A stretch of 63,830 nt of DNA, filler included, from Lama guanicoe (Eukaryota): assembly GCA_013239625.1 (NCBI GenBank). It is 211 parts of 211 records of this genome, joined end to end, with 100 filler letters (N's around TTAATTAATTAA, not from the genome) between each part and the next. Parts side by side here need not be neighbours in the genome. Positions count along the whole stretch, not along the records: positions 60,901 to 61,103 come from PNXV01032054.1; positions 61,204 to 61,406 come from PNXV01032055.1; positions 61,507 to 61,709 come from PNXV01032056.1; positions 61,810 to 62,012 come from PNXV01032057.1; positions 62,113 to 62,315 come from PNXV01032058.1; positions 62,416 to 62,618 come from PNXV01032059.1; positions 62,719 to 62,921 come from PNXV01032060.1; positions 63,022 to 63,224 come from PNXV01032061.1; 203 more parts are not named here. One strand, 5' to 3'. Shown in pieces: positions 60,919 to 63,830 of the stretch. Under the pieces are notes generated by a model that was not told the DNA's origin, searched no databases, and saw only the letters and a program-made list of their open reading frames with translations. Both the position numbers and the translations under genes were made by a program. How positions within the stretch are numbered: position 1 is the stretch's first letter; the number at the start of each line of letters is the position of its first letter.

Positions 60919-61060
60919 GTATATACATATACCAAAATATATATATATATATACACACATATACCAATATATATATATACACACACACACATAGACTTAT
61001 ATATATATACACACATACATTTAATATATATACTTATATATATATGTAAAAAATATATAT
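60919..61060. repeat. Compound (TA)n/(CA)n microsatellite
   Basis: Interrupted TA and CA runs directly abutting a SINE 3' end. Confidence 0.9.
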
Positions 61061-61103
61061 TTTAATGGAGGTACTGGGGATTAAACCCAGGACCTTGCAC
61101 ATG
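61061..61103 (-). mobile_element. tRNA-Ala-derived SINE (vic-1-like), 3' half, cut by the contig end
   Basis: TTTAATGGAGGTACTGGGGATTAAACCCAGGACCTTGCACATG matches the copies at 1252 and 31831. Confidence 0.85.
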
Positions 61104-63324
61104 NNNNNNNNNNNNNNNNNNNNNNNNNNNNNNNNNNNNNNNNNNNNTTAATTAATTAANNNNNNNNNNNNNNNNNNNNNNNNNNNNNNNNNNNNNNNNN
61201 NNNGACTGCACTAGTGTCACAGGAGGAACAAAGCGTGAGGTGCCTTTGTCGCGGCCCGAAGAGGAAGCCCCTGCTTGCAGGCGGGACCACCTTTCGCTTG
61301 CAAGGGAGCCGAGCCCCTTGGCTGGGCTGCGCCACGAGGTGAGCTCGTCTTGATCTTGCGGGGTGGCCTCCAGATGGGGAGCAAATCCTTGATGAAAATG
61401 AAAGACNNNNNNNNNNNNNNNNNNNNNNNNNNNNNNNNNNNNNNNNNNNNTTAATTAATTAANNNNNNNNNNNNNNNNNNNNNNNNNNNNNNNNNNNNNN
61501 NNNNNNTAACATCTGGGCCTGGAGCATCTGCCCTTTTCACCAAACTTCCTTTCACATATGTGGCACAAAGTTTTGCTGCCACTGCTGAGAAGGAACGAGA
61601 GCTCGGGGTCTCCGCTCACAGGCACAGCTGGCTGAGTGCTCACGTTGGAGCCCTGCAGTGACCAGGGAGGTGTAAGCTTTTCTTGTTCAATGTGGCTTTA
61701 ATAGTTCACNNNNNNNNNNNNNNNNNNNNNNNNNNNNNNNNNNNNNNNNNNNNTTAATTAATTAANNNNNNNNNNNNNNNNNNNNNNNNNNNNNNNNNNN
61801 NNNNNNNNNTTCTTAAACACTAAATTCTTTCTTGGTTATTCACCCAAATTCATTAAATAATGGCGTGGTTGATTTGTTTGTTGGTTGGTTTTGGGTGCCA
61901 GATCCTGTTTACCACAACTGCCTATCAGTCAGGGCTCATCTCTTGTTAATGAGCCAAGATTCAGTGAGATCATAGTGATAGAAGGGTCAAGTGGCCAACA
62001 ACAGGGTCAGGTNNNNNNNNNNNNNNNNNNNNNNNNNNNNNNNNNNNNNNNNNNNNTTAATTAATTAANNNNNNNNNNNNNNNNNNNNNNNNNNNNNNNN
62101 NNNNNNNNNNNNAGGACTCACGGGGTAGGAAATGATACCTGAATATATTTCAGTGTGCATTCGCTCACAGCACAAATGTGAGTACAACAACCTCTGTGCT
62201 TTTGAACACTACTTCGTGGAATAGAGGGCATGGGTAAAGGATAGTGAGTGGAAATCAGATGTCACCGTGACGTGAGCGATGATCAAGTTATGTGCGGGTT
62301 ATTTTGCAAGGTTCTNNNNNNNNNNNNNNNNNNNNNNNNNNNNNNNNNNNNNNNNNNNNTTAATTAATTAANNNNNNNNNNNNNNNNNNNNNNNNNNNNN
62401 NNNNNNNNNNNNNNNACCACTGGCAAAGGAACACCTTTCAGAGAACCTGATGGGGTCTTACCGTTGCCATCTGTGGAATTTGTAGGATTTGAAACTCTGA
62501 AAGCTTTGTCCCTTCTCTGTATTGCTCCTTCCTCTTTAAGGAGAAAAATCTAAACCTTAACCACATTAAAAAGATGTGTATTTTGTGTGTGCGGTGGTGC
62601 CTTTCTGAGAATCACATCNNNNNNNNNNNNNNNNNNNNNNNNNNNNNNNNNNNNNNNNNNNNTTAATTAATTAANNNNNNNNNNNNNNNNNNNNNNNNNN
62701 NNNNNNNNNNNNNNNNNNCTTAAGTCAGAACACGTCTGCTTGCGTATAAGCCGCATGTCCCCAGTGCTGTCGTCGTTGAAGCTGGGAGTCCCCAAGATGC
62801 AGCTGATACCCCTGTGCTTTAAGGCCCGTGTGCACTCTGTATTCTGCACGCTGGGCTTGCGGGTGAGTGGCAAAGACAACACTACCATTTCTGCGCTCTG
62901 CTGAGATGAGGATGAAGTTCANNNNNNNNNNNNNNNNNNNNNNNNNNNNNNNNNNNNNNNNNNNNTTAATTAATTAANNNNNNNNNNNNNNNNNNNNNNN
63001 NNNNNNNNNNNNNNNNNNNNNTGTCTAACATGGCCTATGTTGGTTCTATTCTTTATTGCTATGTAAGTATAGATACATTTATATACTTCTGCCTGAGAAG
63101 AAAGAACCCACTTTGTACCTAGTCTGAAAGCTTAATGAGGCGTTTGTGACCTGTTTATCCCCCTTTGTGATGTAGTCTTTAGCAGCGGGTTTTGTTCAGA
63201 AATGGCTTTTTCATCCACTGTGCCNNNNNNNNNNNNNNNNNNNNNNNNNNNNNNNNNNNNNNNNNNNNTTAATTAATTAANNNNNNNNNNNNNNNNNNNN
63301 NNNNNNNNNNNNNNNNNNNNNNNN

Positions 63325-63527
63325 TTACAGTTGTTCCTCATCCTGGTCAGCATCTGGTGTTGTCGGTCCTTTTTACGTTAGCCATTCTAGCGAGAGTGAA
63401 ATGGCACTCAGGGCGATTTTAATGTGCCTTTCTCTGATGACTAGTAACACTGAGCATCTTCTCATGTCCTTGTTGGCTCTCGGTTTACCTCCTTTTGTGA
63501 AGTGCCTGCCCATTTAAAAATGTGGGT
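63325..63527 (-). mobile_element. Old LINE-1 fragment
   Basis: TTGTTCCTCATCCTGGTCAGCATCTGGTGTTGTC...TTAGCCATTCTAG...TGAGCATCTTCTCATGT. Confidence 0.8.
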
Positions 63528-63830
63528 NNNNNNNNNNNNNNNNNNNNNNNNNNNNNNNNNNNNNNNNNNNNTTAATTAATTAANNNNNNNNNNNNNNNNN
63601 NNNNNNNNNNNNNNNNNNNNNNNNNNNTAGACCACATTATTATAAAATTGTTCTGCTTTTCACAGAAGAGCAGACACTTTAGAAGCATTATTTGCACAAT
63701 GAATGGAAATTCAGAAAAAAAAAAATTTGAAATACCAGCGGGAAGGAAGAGTTCACCTTAGGGTTACTGCGTGTCTGAGATAACGTAACGCACAGAACAC
63801 CATTTCCACCTACTGATCTTCTTTTCACCT

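Noticed and set aside
2..62888. Most ORF-track entries (60-85 aa ending in X...LIN/N)
   Set aside because: They reach the length threshold only by reading through Ns to the linker stop. Only the Tigger1, MKI67, L1 RT and OR entries show recognisable homology.
204..63627. CRISPR-like or regularly interspaced array (constant palindromic repeat with unique equal-length spacers)
   Set aside because: The repeat is an N-padded six-frame-stop linker, the spacers are mammalian genomic fragments, and no cas-like ORFs are present.

Overview
This window is not contiguous genomic DNA. It is an artificial concatenation of 211 short unplaced assembly contigs (208 of 203 bp, 3 of 202 bp) joined by 210 identical 100-bp linkers (N44-TTAATTAATTAA-N44, a palindrome with stop codons in all six frames). 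Adjacent contigs are unrelated, so no gene neighbourhood can be inferred, and most entries in the ORF track are linker read-through artefacts. The DNA is mammalian and most likely camelid, based on three tRNA-Ala(AGC)-derived SINEs of the vic-1 type plus L1, L2, MIR, MLT1, Tigger1 and hAT MER fragments. Recognisable coding pieces are an MKI67 Ki-67 repeat, two olfactory receptor fragments (one with an in-frame stop), L1 ORF2 pieces, a Tigger1 transposase piece and a degenerate MAPK1/ERK2 exon-1-like copy that the ORF track missed. Other points of note are an approximately 249-bp satellite reconstructed from three circularly permuted contigs, a second dispersed or satellite family, 28-bp and 39-bp minisatellites, and four near-identical contig pairs with exactly 49-bp identical flanks (de Bruijn bubble arms). 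I find no support for a novel multi-component biological system. Repeat family names come from recalled consensus sequences, not from a database search.
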